A model generated the notes under the pieces. That model had not been told where the DNA came from and did no database searches. It was given only the letters and a program-made list of their open reading frames with translations. Source: an uncultured Chloroflexia bacterium (lineage in GTDB: Bacteria > Chloroflexota > Anaerolineae > CG2-30-64-16). Taken from it: a DNA stretch of 64,000 nucleotides. Both the position numbers and the translations under genes were made by a program. The DNA lies in assembly GCA_963810095.1 (NCBI GenBank), contig CAWEMM010000012.1:256001-320000 (forward strand). Direction: 5' to 3'. This document shows, in pieces, positions 24,383-36,348 of this stretch. Each line of letters starts with the position of its first letter. Position 1 is the first letter of the stretch.

Positions 24383-25509
24383 GTCAGGGGCGTCTCGGTG
24401 ATCGTGCGGACCATCGCCCACAGGTTCTCCATCGGCGTGTCAAGCTGCACGTGGTGCGTCGGGCCCGATGATCAGGCCCCCACCTCGGCCCACGGTCGCC
24501 AGTCGCTGGCAGACCTCGTCCCGCACCTGCTCGGGCGTGCCAAACGGCAGCGTGTACTGTTCGTCGATCGTGCCCCAGAAGCACAACCGGTCCCCATACT
24601 GGCGCTTCAACTCGGCCGGGTCCATGCACGCGGGCTGGATCGGGTTCAGGACGTCGACCCCCACCTCGATCAACTCCGGGATGATCGGCGTCACGTTGCC
24701 GTCCGAGTGGTAGGCCACTTTCAGCGCCGGGTTGATCCCCTTAATCGTGCTGATGAACTCGGCCATCCGGGGCTTGAGGAACTTGCGCCAGTGCCGCGGC
24801 GAGAAGAGCATCCCCTGCTGCTGCCCCACGTCGTCGCCGATCCAGATCATGTCGACGCCCATCTCCGTGAGGCGCTTCGCCGCCGCAAGGTGATAGCGGA
24901 AGGGGATTTCGAGAATCTCGTCGGCAAGGTCGGGATCGCTCACGAAGTCGGACAGCAGCCGCTCATACCCGCGCAGCGCCCAGGCGCACTCGAAGATCGT
25001 AGTGACCGTGACGCCGACAATCCAATATTCGTCCTTCAGCGTCCGGATCACCCGCTCGGCCTCCACGTAGAGCTCGGGCCGGTTTGGGTCGGGCGCGCGG
25101 TATTGCGAGAGCGCGCCCTTGTCCGCCAGCGGATGGCCGGTGATTTCCGTGTACTGCCCCACCCCGTAAGGCGTCTCGTACGGCACGTTGTGAAAGCCAA
25201 TGCCCCACTCGTCCACATAGTCGTGCTCCGCGGCATAGTACGAGTTCGCCCACCCCACCGACGTCTGGAGCATGTCCTCGTCGAGGGCCATTTCGAGCTC
25301 GTAGGTGTTGCCCCCGCCGTGCGGGTTGTGCCCCGCCACATGTTCGTCAACCGCATCGCTATGGGGCCGGTCTCCCCGTGGCGCGTCCCCTTCAGCGCCA
25401 GGTCCGCACGCAGGCGCTCGGCAAACTCGGGCGTGAAGCTGATCGACATGGGGCAGCGGTCGGGCACGCGCCCGTTCAGCGCGGCCCAGACCCGTTCGCG
25501 ATGTTTCAT
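24379..25509 (-). CDS. Uroporphyrinogen decarboxylase / MtaA-like family protein (frameshifted)
   Basis: MKHRERV, YVDEWG, WIGDDVG, YHSDG, LNPIQP, FWGTIDEQ..LPFGTP, GGLIIGP(T)HHVQ. Confidence 0.85.
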
Positions 25510-25788
25510 GGTCACCTCGTATAATCGCATGATCCGAACCCTCGGAGGACCACGCCCCCGTGGGTCTCATATCTTCGCGTCAAGCCAAGGGAATTGGACA
25601 CTGATTGAAAGGATCCGACTGATTCTCATGATCTTTTTCGAAAAGGACAGTGCAGATCAGTTCAATCAGTTGCATCAGTGTCCCATTTCAGATGAGTGTA
25701 AACTGCTCGCAACGCGAGGTTGCGCATGTAGTGCGAGCTTTCCACTTTGCGATCAGTTTAGGTACAAGGACACTGATTCTGTCGGGTC

Positions 25789-25901
25789 GCATCCTTCGAC
25801 TGCGGCACGCCAGCTGCGCTGGCGCCTCCGCTCAGGATGCTTCAAGCTCAGGCATCCTGAGCGGAGGGCGGTCCGCAGGAGCGCCCGCAGTCGAAGGGTG
25901 C
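25789..25901. repeat. Inverted pair of the GCATCCTGAGCG...GTCGAAGG repeat
   Basis: Reverse copy 25789-25840 and forward copy 25852-25901. Confidence 0.85.
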
Positions 25902-25931
25902 CAAGCGTCATGGTTCATCAGATTCGCTATT

Positions 25932-26277
25932 CACGCATGGTTCCTGCCGGTCCCGCCTCATCCCCCGCACAGTCACTTATCCGGGCGAACGTGTACCCGC
26001 AGCGTTGCCTTTGGGGTTCCAAGGGGCGCAGCCCCTGGTCGGGGGCGGCGGGGGCAAGAGCGCCCCCGCCAACCTAGTCGCCAGGCGGCGCACGGCAGAG
26101 ACCGGTCCCGTCTGATTCTCGGATAGATTCTAAATACACGCATGGTTCCTGCCGCCCCGCCTCATCCCCCGCACAGTCACTTATCCGGCAAACGCGTACC
26201 CGCAGCGTTGCCTTTGGGGTTCCAAGGGGCGCAGCCCCTGGTCGGGGGCGGCGGGGGCAAGAGCGCCCCCGCCAACC
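25932..26277. repeat. Two ~140-bp direct repeats ending in GC hairpin doublets
   Basis: CACGCATGGTTCCTGCCG...CTTTGGGGTTCCAAGGGGCGCAGCCCCTGGTCGGGGGCGGCGGGGGCAAGAGCGCCCCCGCCAACC at 25932 and 26137. Confidence 0.9.
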
Positions 26278-26451
26278 AGTCATCATGCATAAGCCGATTA
26301 TTTCACTGTGTTCGGGGATCAGGAGCAGCCGGGGCAGGTCCGCCCCTTCGCAGCCGCTGCGGCAGATATGGCGAGGGTAGCACGACTTCGTGCTGGGGTC
26401 AAACACCTGGGTGGGCGGGACGCGTTTCAGAGTGGGGGCAAGGTCAGCGGA

Positions 26452-26497
26452 GCATCCTGAGCGGAGCGGAGTGAAACGTAGCGCAGTCGAAGGATGC
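26452..26497 (+). repeat. GCATCCTGAGCG...CGCAGTCGAAGGATGC repeat copy
   Basis: Ends match other family members. Confidence 0.85.
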
Positions 26498-26618
26498 GGC
26501 GCGGGTGAGACATGACAGGACGCAAACGACGCAGACAGGGATGAATCGACAGGACCTATGTCAATAGCGGCCCGTAAATCCACCCCATCGGCGTCATCCG
26601 CGTCCTGTTCGTTCGTTC

Positions 26619-29600
26619 CTACTGTTTCACGATCCTGCCTTCGACCACCGGGCCCACCGGCGAGTTGTCCGCCACGTAGTTCACCGCCAGGTTCAGCAGG
26701 TCGTCGCCCGGCTGCAGCACGTTCGTGCCCTGGCCGAACACCGTGTACCCGTCGCCGCCGCCGTACATGAAGTCGTTGGTGACGAAGCGCACCGAGTCGC
26801 CCGGGGCGATCGGGGTCGCCGGGCCACCCATCCCCTGCGGCGTCTTCCACATGCCGGTCACGACCGGGGTCGTGCCGTTGCACGTGTAGGTCGCCTTCAG
26901 GCCCGCGATCTGCGGGAAGCGGCCGGTGGCGATGGCCGTGTTGCACGCGGGCGAGAACCCGTTCAGGAACGCCTGCTCGAGCTGCGCGCCGGTGAGCGTG
27001 AGGATCACGGTCCGGTTGCCGAACGGCAGCACGGAGAACATCTCGCCCCACGTGATCTCGCACGGCGCCTCGCCCGCGCTCGGCGGCGTGCAGTTCAGGT
27101 CGGCCCGCAGGCCGCCCGAGTTGGTGTACGCGCCGTCGATGTTGGCGTACGACTTCCACATCGCGTCCGCCACCATGTTGCCCATCGCCGACTCAAGCAG
27201 CCGCGACGGCGCCCGCTTGATGTCGAACTGCTGCGTGCCGATCACCTGGTTGCGCAGGATCGCAGTCTGTGCGTTCGCATCGTCCACGATCGCCTGCACG
27301 TCGGGCCGGGGCGCCACGCCGATGGTCTTGGCAACCCGGGTCGCCGCGCCCGCCCATTCCACGTCCTGGTCGTGGATCACCAGCTGCCCCACGGAGTAGC
27401 TGGCCCCTGCATTCAGCCCTTCCGCAATCAGGATGCGGCCCTGCATGAAGTTTGCGATCCGGTGCGTGTGCCCCGCAAAGATCGCGTCCACCTGCGTGTC
27501 CTGGATCTTGTTTGCGATGGTCACGATCGGGCCGTCCCACGGGGTCGGCGTCGTGCCGTCCACCGCGTTGTTGCCCACCACTGCGCCCTGGTGGATCAGG
27601 ACAATCTGGATCTTTACCCCCTGCTGGCGCAGCTTCTCAGACTCGGCCCGGATGGTATCGGCCTCGTCCAGGAAGTTCAGGCCGGCCGTGGCCCCGGCGC
27701 TCACCAGCTCGGGCGTCTCCTTCAGCTCGATGCCGATCACGCCGATCCGCTGCGTTGCCGAAGTCAAAGACCTTCGTCCCCTGCACCCACTCGGGGTTGA
27801 GCCCCGTCACCGCGTCCACGATGTTTGCGCCCAGGAAGGGGAAGGTGGCCCGCGCCTGCTGTTCCAGCAGCCGCTGCACGCCGTAGTCGAACTCGTGGTT
27901 GCCGTACGATGTCGCGTCGAGCCCCCACGCGTTCTCCACGTCGATCGCGGGCATGTCCTTCAACAGCCCGGAGTTGGCGGGCGAGGCGCCCACATTGTCG
28001 CCCGACGCGAACAGGAACGCGGGACCGGCAAATGCCGCCGCCTCCTCGTCGAACATGGTCGCGAGCTGCCCCGCGCCGCCCACCAGCACGTTGCGCCCGT
28101 CCATCGTCGTCGTCGTCGAGTCGAGCTGGCCGTGGAAGTCGGTCAGCGCCAGCACCGGCACCAGCGTGCGCGACTCGCTGCCCCGCAGCAGGTCAAGCCG
28201 GACGACGCCCTGCGAATGCTGGGGCATCGGCACCTTCAGGATGTACGCGGCGGTGGGCGCAAGGTCGATCGTCCGCAGGCTGAACTCGCCCTTGGCAATG
28301 TTCTGCCCGCCCGCCAGGAACGTGGCCCGCATGTTGATGCTGGCCGCCAGGTTCTGCACGTCGGGCACGTAGCCGTGCTGGCCGAAGAACGCCGAACGGG
28401 CGACCAGGGTGCCCGGGGTCGCGGCATCGAACTGGTAGGGCGGGTACGCAAACACGACCAGGTCGCCGGTGCGGGTCGGGTGCGCCATGTCCGCGGTGCA
28501 GTTGGGGCCGTTCGGGATGTAGCGCGCCTCGGCCTTGGTGTACATCCGGTCGATCATCTTCCAGCTTTCGGGCTGGCCGTCGCCGGTCCAGTCGTTCGGG
28601 TCGGTCAGCGCGCCAGAATGCCGCCTTGATTGCGGCGACGGTCGATGCCTCGTCGGTCGCAGCCACCTGCTGCAGCCCGCCGCCCGCCGGGTCGCGGCCG
28701 GCCAGGTTCAGGTAGATCTGCACGGTCCCGCCGGCCCAGCACGCCTTCGCCTTGCCGATGGTCTCGCCGGTGGCCGGGCGGCAGTTGGACGTCTGCGGCT
28801 TGGAGAGCAGGCCCAGGTCGACCAGCACCTTGCTCGCGTCGATCGCCAGGAACTGCGGCGCAAAGCCGTGGTCCGACGCGACAAAGGTCGTGGCCTGCTT
28901 CGGCATCAGACGACTGGACCAGGCCCAGCGTCGCGTCCGCGCCCTGGTACGCCCGGCGCAGGAACCCTCGCGCTGGCGCCACCCGGCCGTCGGGCGTGCC
29001 GTTCACCTGCACGTCGTCATACGCCGGGTTCGGCTGGCCGTTGTGCAGGGTCGGCAGACCAGGCCGAGGAACTGGTGCTGGAACTCGTCGGTGGTGGGGT
29101 AGCCGACGAGCGCCAGGTCGGGCTGGTAGATGCCGAGGATGTACTTGATCAGCGGGTAGGCAGACGCTTCCCAGTACAGGCCTTGCTCGACGTACGTCTC
29201 CTCGCTCGACGATCGCCCGCTTCGAGGATGGCGAAGTCGGCCGAGCCTGGAGGACGGGGAACTTCTGCGCCACGTACTCCTCGAAGTCGCCCGTAAAGCC
29301 GGGTTCGCCCGGCCAGCCGGTCCAGGTCGCGATCGCCCGGGTCACCGACGTGTGGAACAGGCGGACCTTCGAGAGGTCGGGCGCGAGTTCTTCGACCTTG
29401 ACCAGGAATGCCCGCGGTCTTGCCGTCGAGCGCGCCGCCCGAGATCTTCACCTTGACGTCGCCCCACTGGCCCTTCGCCAGCGTCGCCACCGCCTTCGCC
29501 CCGTTCTTCTCGGCGCAAAGAGCACCCTGTCGTAGTTGACCTGCTTGTCGTTGGTCGAGTCGAAGATGTAGGCGTTCAGCCCGTACTTGTCGATGCCCGC

Positions 29601-30364
29601 GTCGAGCACCCGCAGCCGCATCTCCTTGGCGGGGCTGTAGGATCTTCGGCGTGTTGGTCCACCCGCTCGCGTCAACCGGCGCGGCGCCCGCAAATGGCGC
29701 TTGTCCCGCAAATCCGGCCGGATGATCGAACTGCAGGCCAAACGACGCGACGAAGGCCGCGTTGTCGTCGGGGCTGATGTAGTTCGTCGCCACGCCCCGG
29801 CCCGAGAAGAAGTTGCGGTAGTCGACGGTGGGCCCGGCGATGGTCGCGCCTCGGCCCCCCGCCCATTCGAACTGCACGACCTTCTTGCCCCCGCGCTCCG
29901 CGGCCTGCGCCAGCGTTTCCGCCTGGAGCACGCCCGGGTCGAACGCGGCCGTGCGGTTGCTGAACGGCCGCGCCATTCATGTGGAAGGTGTTGTTGGTCG
30001 AGCCGGTGACGGCCGGCCATGCGCCCGTTGCCAGGCTATACCAGCCCGCGCCGGTGTTCGGCGGCGCCTGGGTGAGCAGGCCGCCGTCGCTTGCGATGGC
30101 GCCCTTCTTCATCAGGTCTGCGAAAGTGGGCAGGAGGCCCTGCGACACGTAGTCGGCGACACGGTTTTGCATCAGGCCGTCGGAGGCAAAGAAGACGAGG
30201 CTTTCGCCCTTGTCCGCCTGCGCTGCGGCAGGCGCGGCGCCGGCAAGCGCCTCTCCGGCGGGCGCTGCTGCCGCACCCACGGCAGACAGGATCAGCAGCA
30301 CGATCATCACCAACACGATGCCACTCTGGCGTCTGGAGAATCTCACTTTCCCACTCCTTCTCAA
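26619..30364 (-). CDS. Secreted alkaline-phosphatase-superfamily phosphodiesterase fused to 5'-nucleotidase (frameshifted)
   Basis: Signal peptide; [24 protein letters not shown]; then [46 protein letters not shown]. Confidence 0.9.
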
Positions 30365-30580
30365 TTCGATCGGATGTGTCGCCCTGGGAGCTGCGGCATC
30401 GCTCCCCGGCGTCCGGCCCGGGGGCCGTCGGCGGAAGCATCAGTTCTCAAGCGCCATTCTACTGCTTTTCTGATTATAGACAAGTATGGCACGTTCCTCG
30501 AATTTACTTAAAACAAATCGCCGCCGGTTTCCCGGGCGGCGATGCTTCCTGTTATTTCCCTGTAAAACAGGGAAACCCTG

Positions 30581-31825
30581 CTACCGTCCCCGCAGCTCGC
30601 TGGCGATCCGCCCCCAGCTGATGCTGGCGCTGGAGAGCAGCGTGTCGGCCCGGAAGAAGCGGGCGGCCAGCAGGACGAACAGGTATGCGGTGATCACCAG
30701 GCCGGCCAGCGCGACGAACGGCTGCCATGGGGGCACACCGCCGGTCGCCAGCCGCGTCACCATCGCGGTCGGCGCAGTCAGCGGGAAGAGGCTCAGCACG
30801 GTGGCTGCCACGCCGTGCGGGTCCTGGAAGAACACGTTGTTGAGCCACAACGGGATCAGAAGCGGGATCAGCAGGACGAACGTGAACTGCGACCCCTCGC
30901 GCATGGTCGGCGCCAGCGCTCCGAGCGCACCCAGGGCCGCCGCGTACAGGATATAGCCGAAGATGAAGAAGAGCCCCGCCCACGCGAAGAACGCAAGCGA
31001 CAAGCCCTTCCCCGCCAGCGCGGTCGCCGCAGCCGCCCCGCCGACCAGCAGGAACTGTCCGCCTCCCATCCAGATCGTCATCTGCAGCAGTGCGATCGCG
31101 CCCAGGCCGACGACCTTGCCCAGCATCAACTCCCGCGGCGAGAGGCTTGTCAGCAGCAGTTCCGCGGTCCGGTTCTCCTTCTCGCGGCTGACGCTCTGGA
31201 GCATGTACCCCGCGCTCATCGTGATGATGAAGAAGAGGATGAACATGACCGCAAAGGGCAGGATGAAGTCGGTGAACTGCGCCTCGGCGCGGTTCTTTGG
31301 CTGCGTCTCGCCCACCGGCGCCAGGCTGCGCTCGTCCATGTTGGCGATCGGCGCGGCGATCGCCGCGGCCGCCGGCGATGCCCCGGCCAGGTTGTAGCGC
31401 AGGACGTACTCGAGCTGGCCGTTGCCGGCGACGCCTGAGATGGGCGAGGGGTGCTCCGACACGGCCACAACCTTGCCCGTCTCCCGGAAGTCCGCCGGGA
31501 TCAGGAAGTAGTGCGGAATTTCGCCCGACGTCAGCGCGGCCTTCGCCGACGCCTCGTCCGGATACACTTTGAACTGGGAGCGCATATCGGTGGGGATTGT
31601 CTGGATGATGCCCGCCAGGTCCACATAGGGCACGGCGGGCCCGCGCAGCGCCGCGGTGACGGCGGTCGAGGCCTCCGTGATCGTGCGCTGTGCGAAGACC
31701 TGCGGCAGGAATGTAAACACCATGATCATGATGGGAAAGACGAACGTGAAGAACCAGAACGACGGCTTCCGCAGCATGCTGATCACTTCGTACTTGATGA
31801 CGATGCCAACGTTGCGCGCTTTCAT
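30581..31825 (-). CDS. ABC-2 permease (NatB/YhaP-like)
   Basis: REKENRTAELLLTS..LMLGKVVG; six-TM layout with large loop. Confidence 0.9.
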   Translation of the reverse strand: MKARNVGIVIKYEVISMLRKPSFWFFTFVFPIMIMVFTFLPQVFAQRTITEASTAVTAALRGPAVPYVDLAGIIQTIPTDMRSQFKVYPDEASAKAALTSGEIPHYFLIPADFRETGKVVAVSEHPSPISGVAGNGQLEYVLRYNLAGASPAAAAIAAPIANMDERSLAPVGETQPKNRAEAQFTDFILPFAVMFILFFIITMSAGYMLQSVSREKENRTAELLLTSLSPRELMLGKVVGLGAIALLQMTIWMGGGQFLLVGGAAAATALAGKGLSLAFFAWAGLFFIFGYILYAAALGALGALAPTMREGSQFTFVLLIPLLIPLWLNNVFFQDPHGVAATVLSLFPLTAPTAMVTRLATGGVPPWQPFVALAGLVITAYLFVLLAARFFRADTLLSSASISWGRIASELRGR

Positions 31826-33074
31826 GACGCTTGCCTCCCGGCGCTCGGTGCTGGGGCCGCCTTGCGCTCCGCACGCAGCAGCCCCGGCAGCGCGGCCAGG
31901 CTCAGCGGCTGGCCGTAGCGCAGCATGCCCATGCGGAACACGCGTGCTGCCAACCAGATGCTGCCCACGGCCGCAACAACCAGGATCAGGAAGCTCAGGC
32001 CCAGCTGCCAGGTGGGGATCTCCGTCACCCCCCATCGCATCGCGATCGTCATCAGCGACGTGGTTGGAAACAGCGTGAGCGCCACCAGGATCGGGCTGTC
32101 GGGGCTCGTGAAGATCAGGATGAAGAAGAAGAACGGCAGCGCGAACAACAGGTTGAAGAAACCCGAAATCTGCTGCCCGTGCTGCAGCTCCGTCACCATG
32201 CTGCCGACCGTGATCATCATGCCAGCCAACAGGACGTAGGTTGGCAGGAAGAAGAGCGTTGCGAGGGCCATGGTCGTGCCGGGAACCTGGATCGTGCGCA
32301 GCCAGGGCACCTGTGAGCTGCCCCAGACGAGGGCCAGGGCCAGCGCGAACAACCACACCCCAATCTGCGTCAGCGCCACGCCGATGAGACCGATGGCCTT
32401 GCCGCCGATCAGCTGGAGCGGCGAAACCGAGGTCATCATGACCTCCACCATGCGGTTTTCCTTCTCCGTCGTCACGGCCTGGAGCAGGTAGCCGCCCGAA
32501 CTCATCACGACCATGATGAAGAAGAAGCCGATGACGAACGGCAGGATCGTGGAAACGATAAACCCTTCCTGCGGCATCTCGCGGGGGTCGTTCGCCGACC
32601 GGTAATTCAGCGCCACCCCATCGAGCAGCACCTTCTGCGCGCCCGCAGGGGCGTCGGCCACCAGGTGCGCGGTCAGGAAAGTCTGAAAGGCCGCACGCGC
32701 GCTGCGCCAGAGGGCGACGTTCCCCAGGTGAGAAGCGTGACGTGCCTCGAAGTAAGGTAGTCGGCGGGGATGAGGTAGTAGGCCTGGATCGCGCCGGACT
32801 GCAGGGCCGCCCGGGCCGCCTCGTCGCTCTCGAAGGGCCGGAGATCCACCTCGGCCTCCCCCGCCGCGTACGCCTGCGTCACCGCGGCCCGGGTGACCCC
32901 GGCCAGGTCCACGTAGCCCACCGGCCGGTCGTCGCCCTTGGGCATCGCCGTGAAGATCGCAATCGCGACGATCGCGCCGATAAAGAGCGGCATGCCGATG
33001 AGCGAGAGCAGGAAGGAGCGCTTGTGGACCATCCGGTTGTACTCGGCGACCGCCACCTTCCAGAGGTTACCCAT
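31822..33074 (-). CDS. ABC-2 permease (NatB/YhaP-like, frameshifted)
   Basis: MGNLWKVA.., TEKENRMVEVMMTSVSPLQLIGGK. Confidence 0.9.
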
Positions 33075-34050
33075 TGGCCGCCTCCCGTGCAGGCGCCGCG
33101 GCGCCCGGCTGCTCGGAAACCCGAGCGCCGTCCGGCCCGGCTTCCATGTCCGCTTCGCCCGACACCACGTTGATAAAGATATCGTCCAGGGAGGGCTCGG
33201 CCAGCTCGAAACGCTCGATGTGCGCGCCGGGCTGCTCGGCCAGCGCCCGCAGGACGCCCTGCGGCGCGGCGCCGGCGGCCAGGGACAGCCGCCAGTGGTT
33301 GTTCTCCTGCCGAGCCTCGCGCACCCCGGGCAGGTGGGCGAAGTCTGCCTTGCCGTGGACCAGCACTGCGTTTGTCGAGAACTCACGCTTGATCTGGTCG
33401 ACCGGGCCGTAAAGCACGACCCGCCCCTTGTCGATCAGGACAATGCGGTTGCACATGGCCTCCACCTGGTACATCAGGTGCGTCGACATGATGATCGCCT
33501 TGCCCGCCTGGGCCTGTTCCGAGAGCATGTCGATGGCCATCCGGGTGTTGACGGGGTCCAGATTGGCGAAGGGCTCGTCGACGACGATCAGGTCGGGCTC
33601 GTGGACGAGGGTGGCGATCAGTTGGGCCTTCTGCTGCATGCCCCGGCTCAGGTCCTGGATCTTCTTCTGCCGCGCGTCCCACAGGTCGAGCCGCTTGAGC
33701 CACTTCTCCAGCCGCCGGGTCGCATCCTTCTCCGACAGGCCCTTGAGCGTCGCGAGATAGTGCAGGGTGGGCTCGAGCTTCTGGTCGCGGTACAGTCCGC
33801 GCTCCTCGGGCATGTAGCCGATGCGATGCTTCTTGGCCTCCGTCATCGGGCCGCCGAACAGGCTGACTTGGCCGCAGTCGGGGCGGAAAATGTCGAGCAT
33901 CATGCGGATCGTGGTGGTCTTGCCCGCGCCATTGGGTCCAAGCAAGCCGAAAATCTCACCGGGATACACGTCGAACGAAACCTCGTCGACCGCCCGCAGG
34001 CTGCCAAAGGTTTTGCATACCCCGTTTAGCGAAACTACTGGTTGAGCCAT
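33067..34050 (-). CDS. ABC transporter ATP-binding protein (YhaQ-like)
   Basis: GPNGAGKTT, LSRGMQQK, VDEP, STH; C-terminal EPSLDDIF. Confidence 0.93.
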   Translation of the reverse strand: MAQPVVSLNGVCKTFGSLRAVDEVSFDVYPGEIFGLLGPNGAGKTTTIRMMLDIFRPDCGQVSLFGGPMTEAKKHRIGYMPEERGLYRDQKLEPTLHYLATLKGLSEKDATRRLEKWLKRLDLWDARQKKIQDLSRGMQQKAQLIATLVHEPDLIVVDEPFANLDPVNTRMAIDMLSEQAQAGKAIIMSTHLMYQVEAMCNRIVLIDKGRVVLYGPVDQIKREFSTNAVLVHGKADFAHLPGVREARQENNHWRLSLAAGAAPQGVLRALAEQPGAHIERFELAEPSLDDIFINVVSGEADMEAGPDGARVSEQPGAAAPAREAANG

Positions 34051-34275
34051 GATGAACTCCCAAGTGAAAAAACCGTGTGGGTTGTACTTGACCCTTCAAT
34101 CGTGTATGGTAGCACGAAACCTGCCGGGAACCCGTATCGCCGCTCCCAGTCGGCTGACGCGGTGCGTCCGCAAACCAGACGAATCTGGTGGACAACTCGC
34201 TATAGTGGATACGCCGAACGAAGGCGCATGGTTGCGCTTTTTGGAGTAGAATGAGGCTGACTCAAGGAGGTTGCC

Positions 34276-36273
34276 ATGGCTGCGTTACCGATCGTCAAAA
34301 TGACCCTGTACAAGCACGGCGTCGGCTTCTTCACGCGGTACGGCGAGCAGCCCGGCGAAACCGCTGCCCTTTCGTTCCGGACCGGGGAGATGAACGACGT
34401 GCTCAAGAGCCTGACGGCCGTCGCCGCGGGCGGGCAGGTGTTGGGGGTGGATTACCAGACGCCGGAGGATAAGGCTGCGTTGCTCAGACGGTCGTCTATC
34501 CAGTTGTCCGACGAGGCGAGCCTGCGCGACCTCCTGCGGGATGTGCGGGGCCGCCCGATCACGATCATCACGACGACCGGCAGCCAGACAGGGGTAGTGG
34601 TCGGGGTTGACCTGCCGGGCGAGCGCGAGCCGATGAACGCCGCGCTGGTGTCGCTCCTTCTCCCCGCCACGCGTCAGGTCATCCCCGTCCGCCTCGGCGA
34701 TATCATGATGCTGACACTGGACGACGACCGGGCGGCCGCCGACCTGACCTACTTCCTCGAGACCAGCCTGACCGAGGAGGATAAGCGGGCGGTGACCGTC
34801 CGCCTTTCGCCCGGCGCGCAGGCGGTCAGCATCAGCTACATTGCCCCAAGTCCCGTCTGGCGCGTCAGTTACCGGCTTGTGGCCGACGAGGCGGAGCATC
34901 CTGAGCGGAGCGCGTCTCAAGGGGACGCCGCGCAGTCGAAGGACGCTCCCCGCGCACCATCCCAGTCCGAGTTCACGGGACTGCTCCAGGGCTGGGCGCT
35001 GTTCGACAACACCCTGGACGAAGACCTGGAGAACGTCGAGGTGACCTTCGTGGCCGGGATGCCGGTCAGCTTCGTCTACGACTTGTACACGCCGTTCACG
35101 CCCGACCGCCCGGTCGTCAAGGAAGAGGGCCGCGCCGTGGCCGCGCCGGTGGAGTTCGAGGCCGCCGAGATGGCGTTTGGCGCTGCGCCACCTGCGGCAG
35201 CCACGCGGGCTGCATGATGCGGGAGACGCTGGAGGTGCCTGCGTTCCGCAAAACGCTCAATGCCACGCAGCGCAGATGTGGCCGCGTCGACGACCGTCGC
35301 CGCTGCGGGCCAGGAACAAGGGGAGTTCTTCAGCTACGTGGTCGCCAACCCGATCACCGTGCGCCGGGGCCGGTCTGCGATGGCGCCCATTCTGCAGGGC
35401 GAAGTGAAGTTGACGAAGGAGCGGCTCTACAACGGCCAGAAGCACCCCCGCCACCCGGTCATCGCCATGCGCTTCAAGAACGAGTCGGGCCTGACCCTGG
35501 AACGGGGGCCGCTCACCGTCGTGGAGGCGGGCGAGTACGCGGGCGAGGCAATGCTGCCCTTCACCGCCAGCGACGGGGAAATCTACCTGGCCTACGCGGT
35601 CGACCTGGGCATTACGGTAAGCGAGGAGCCGGGCAGCGAGCGGCGCCTGGAGAGCATCGCCATCCGGGAGGGTCTGCTGGTGGTGCAGGAGTGGGACATC
35701 CAGTCGGTCAAATACCGCCTGCAGAACCGCGGCCGGGCGGCCGCCGCGGTGACGATCGAACACCCCGCACTCGGGGGCTACGAGCCGTTCGAAACGGCCG
35801 AGCCGGCCGAGCGCACGGCACAGTTCCTGCGCTATATCGTGGACGTGGAAGCAGGCAGAAGCGCGACCTTCACTGCCCGGCAGCGCTGCGCCCTCTCGCG
35901 GCGGGAGGAAATCCGGAACCAGAACCTCGCTCAGCTGGCCCAGTGGCTGCGCGACAAGGCGCTTGACCAGGGGACGTACGACCGGCTGGCTGCGATTCTG
36001 AGGCTCTACGAAGCCATCGGCAAGCGGGGGCAGGAAATCCAGAAGAACGCGATGACCCGCCAGAAACTCCTGGAGCAGCAGAAGGTCATCCAGGGGAACC
36101 TGGCCAGCCTCAAGGACAGCGGCGAGGAGGGGCAGCTGCGCACCCGTTACGCCCGCTCGCTGGCCGACCAAGAAGACCGGCTGGCCGCCCTCGACCGCAG
36201 CGACGAGGACCTGCGGAAGGCAAACGAGCAGACAGAGACCGAGATCGCCGCGGCCATCAAGGAACTGAGCTAA
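34276..36273 (+). CDS. DUF4139-type protein (frameshift near 35215)
   Basis: LYKHGVGFF, MNDVLKSL, SYIAPSPVWRVSYRL, LQGWALFDN, VAGMPVSF; C-terminal coiled coil. Confidence 0.75.
34891..34949 (+). repeat. Palindromic repeat copy embedded in frame in a CDS
   Basis: GCGGAGCATCCTGAGCGGAGCG is identical to the start of the intergenic copy at ~26447; ends CGCAGTCGAAGGACGC; encodes AEHPERSASQGDAAQSKDA. Confidence 0.85.
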
Positions 36274-36348
36274 CCACAACGACACCAGGACGCGATGCGT
36301 TGCGGGCGCCCATCCGGCATGGCGGCCTGGTGTCTTTGTCGTAGCGGC

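Noticed and set aside
24398-26077. 559-aa plus-strand ORF and other long antisense ORFs
   Set aside because: Shadow frames of real genes in high-GC DNA, running into repeats.
34168-34200. c-di-GMP-I riboswitch (GCAAACCAGA..TCTGG)
   Set aside because: Lacks the GAAA loop and GACGCAAA, and lies upstream of a likely -10 (TATAGT at 34201).
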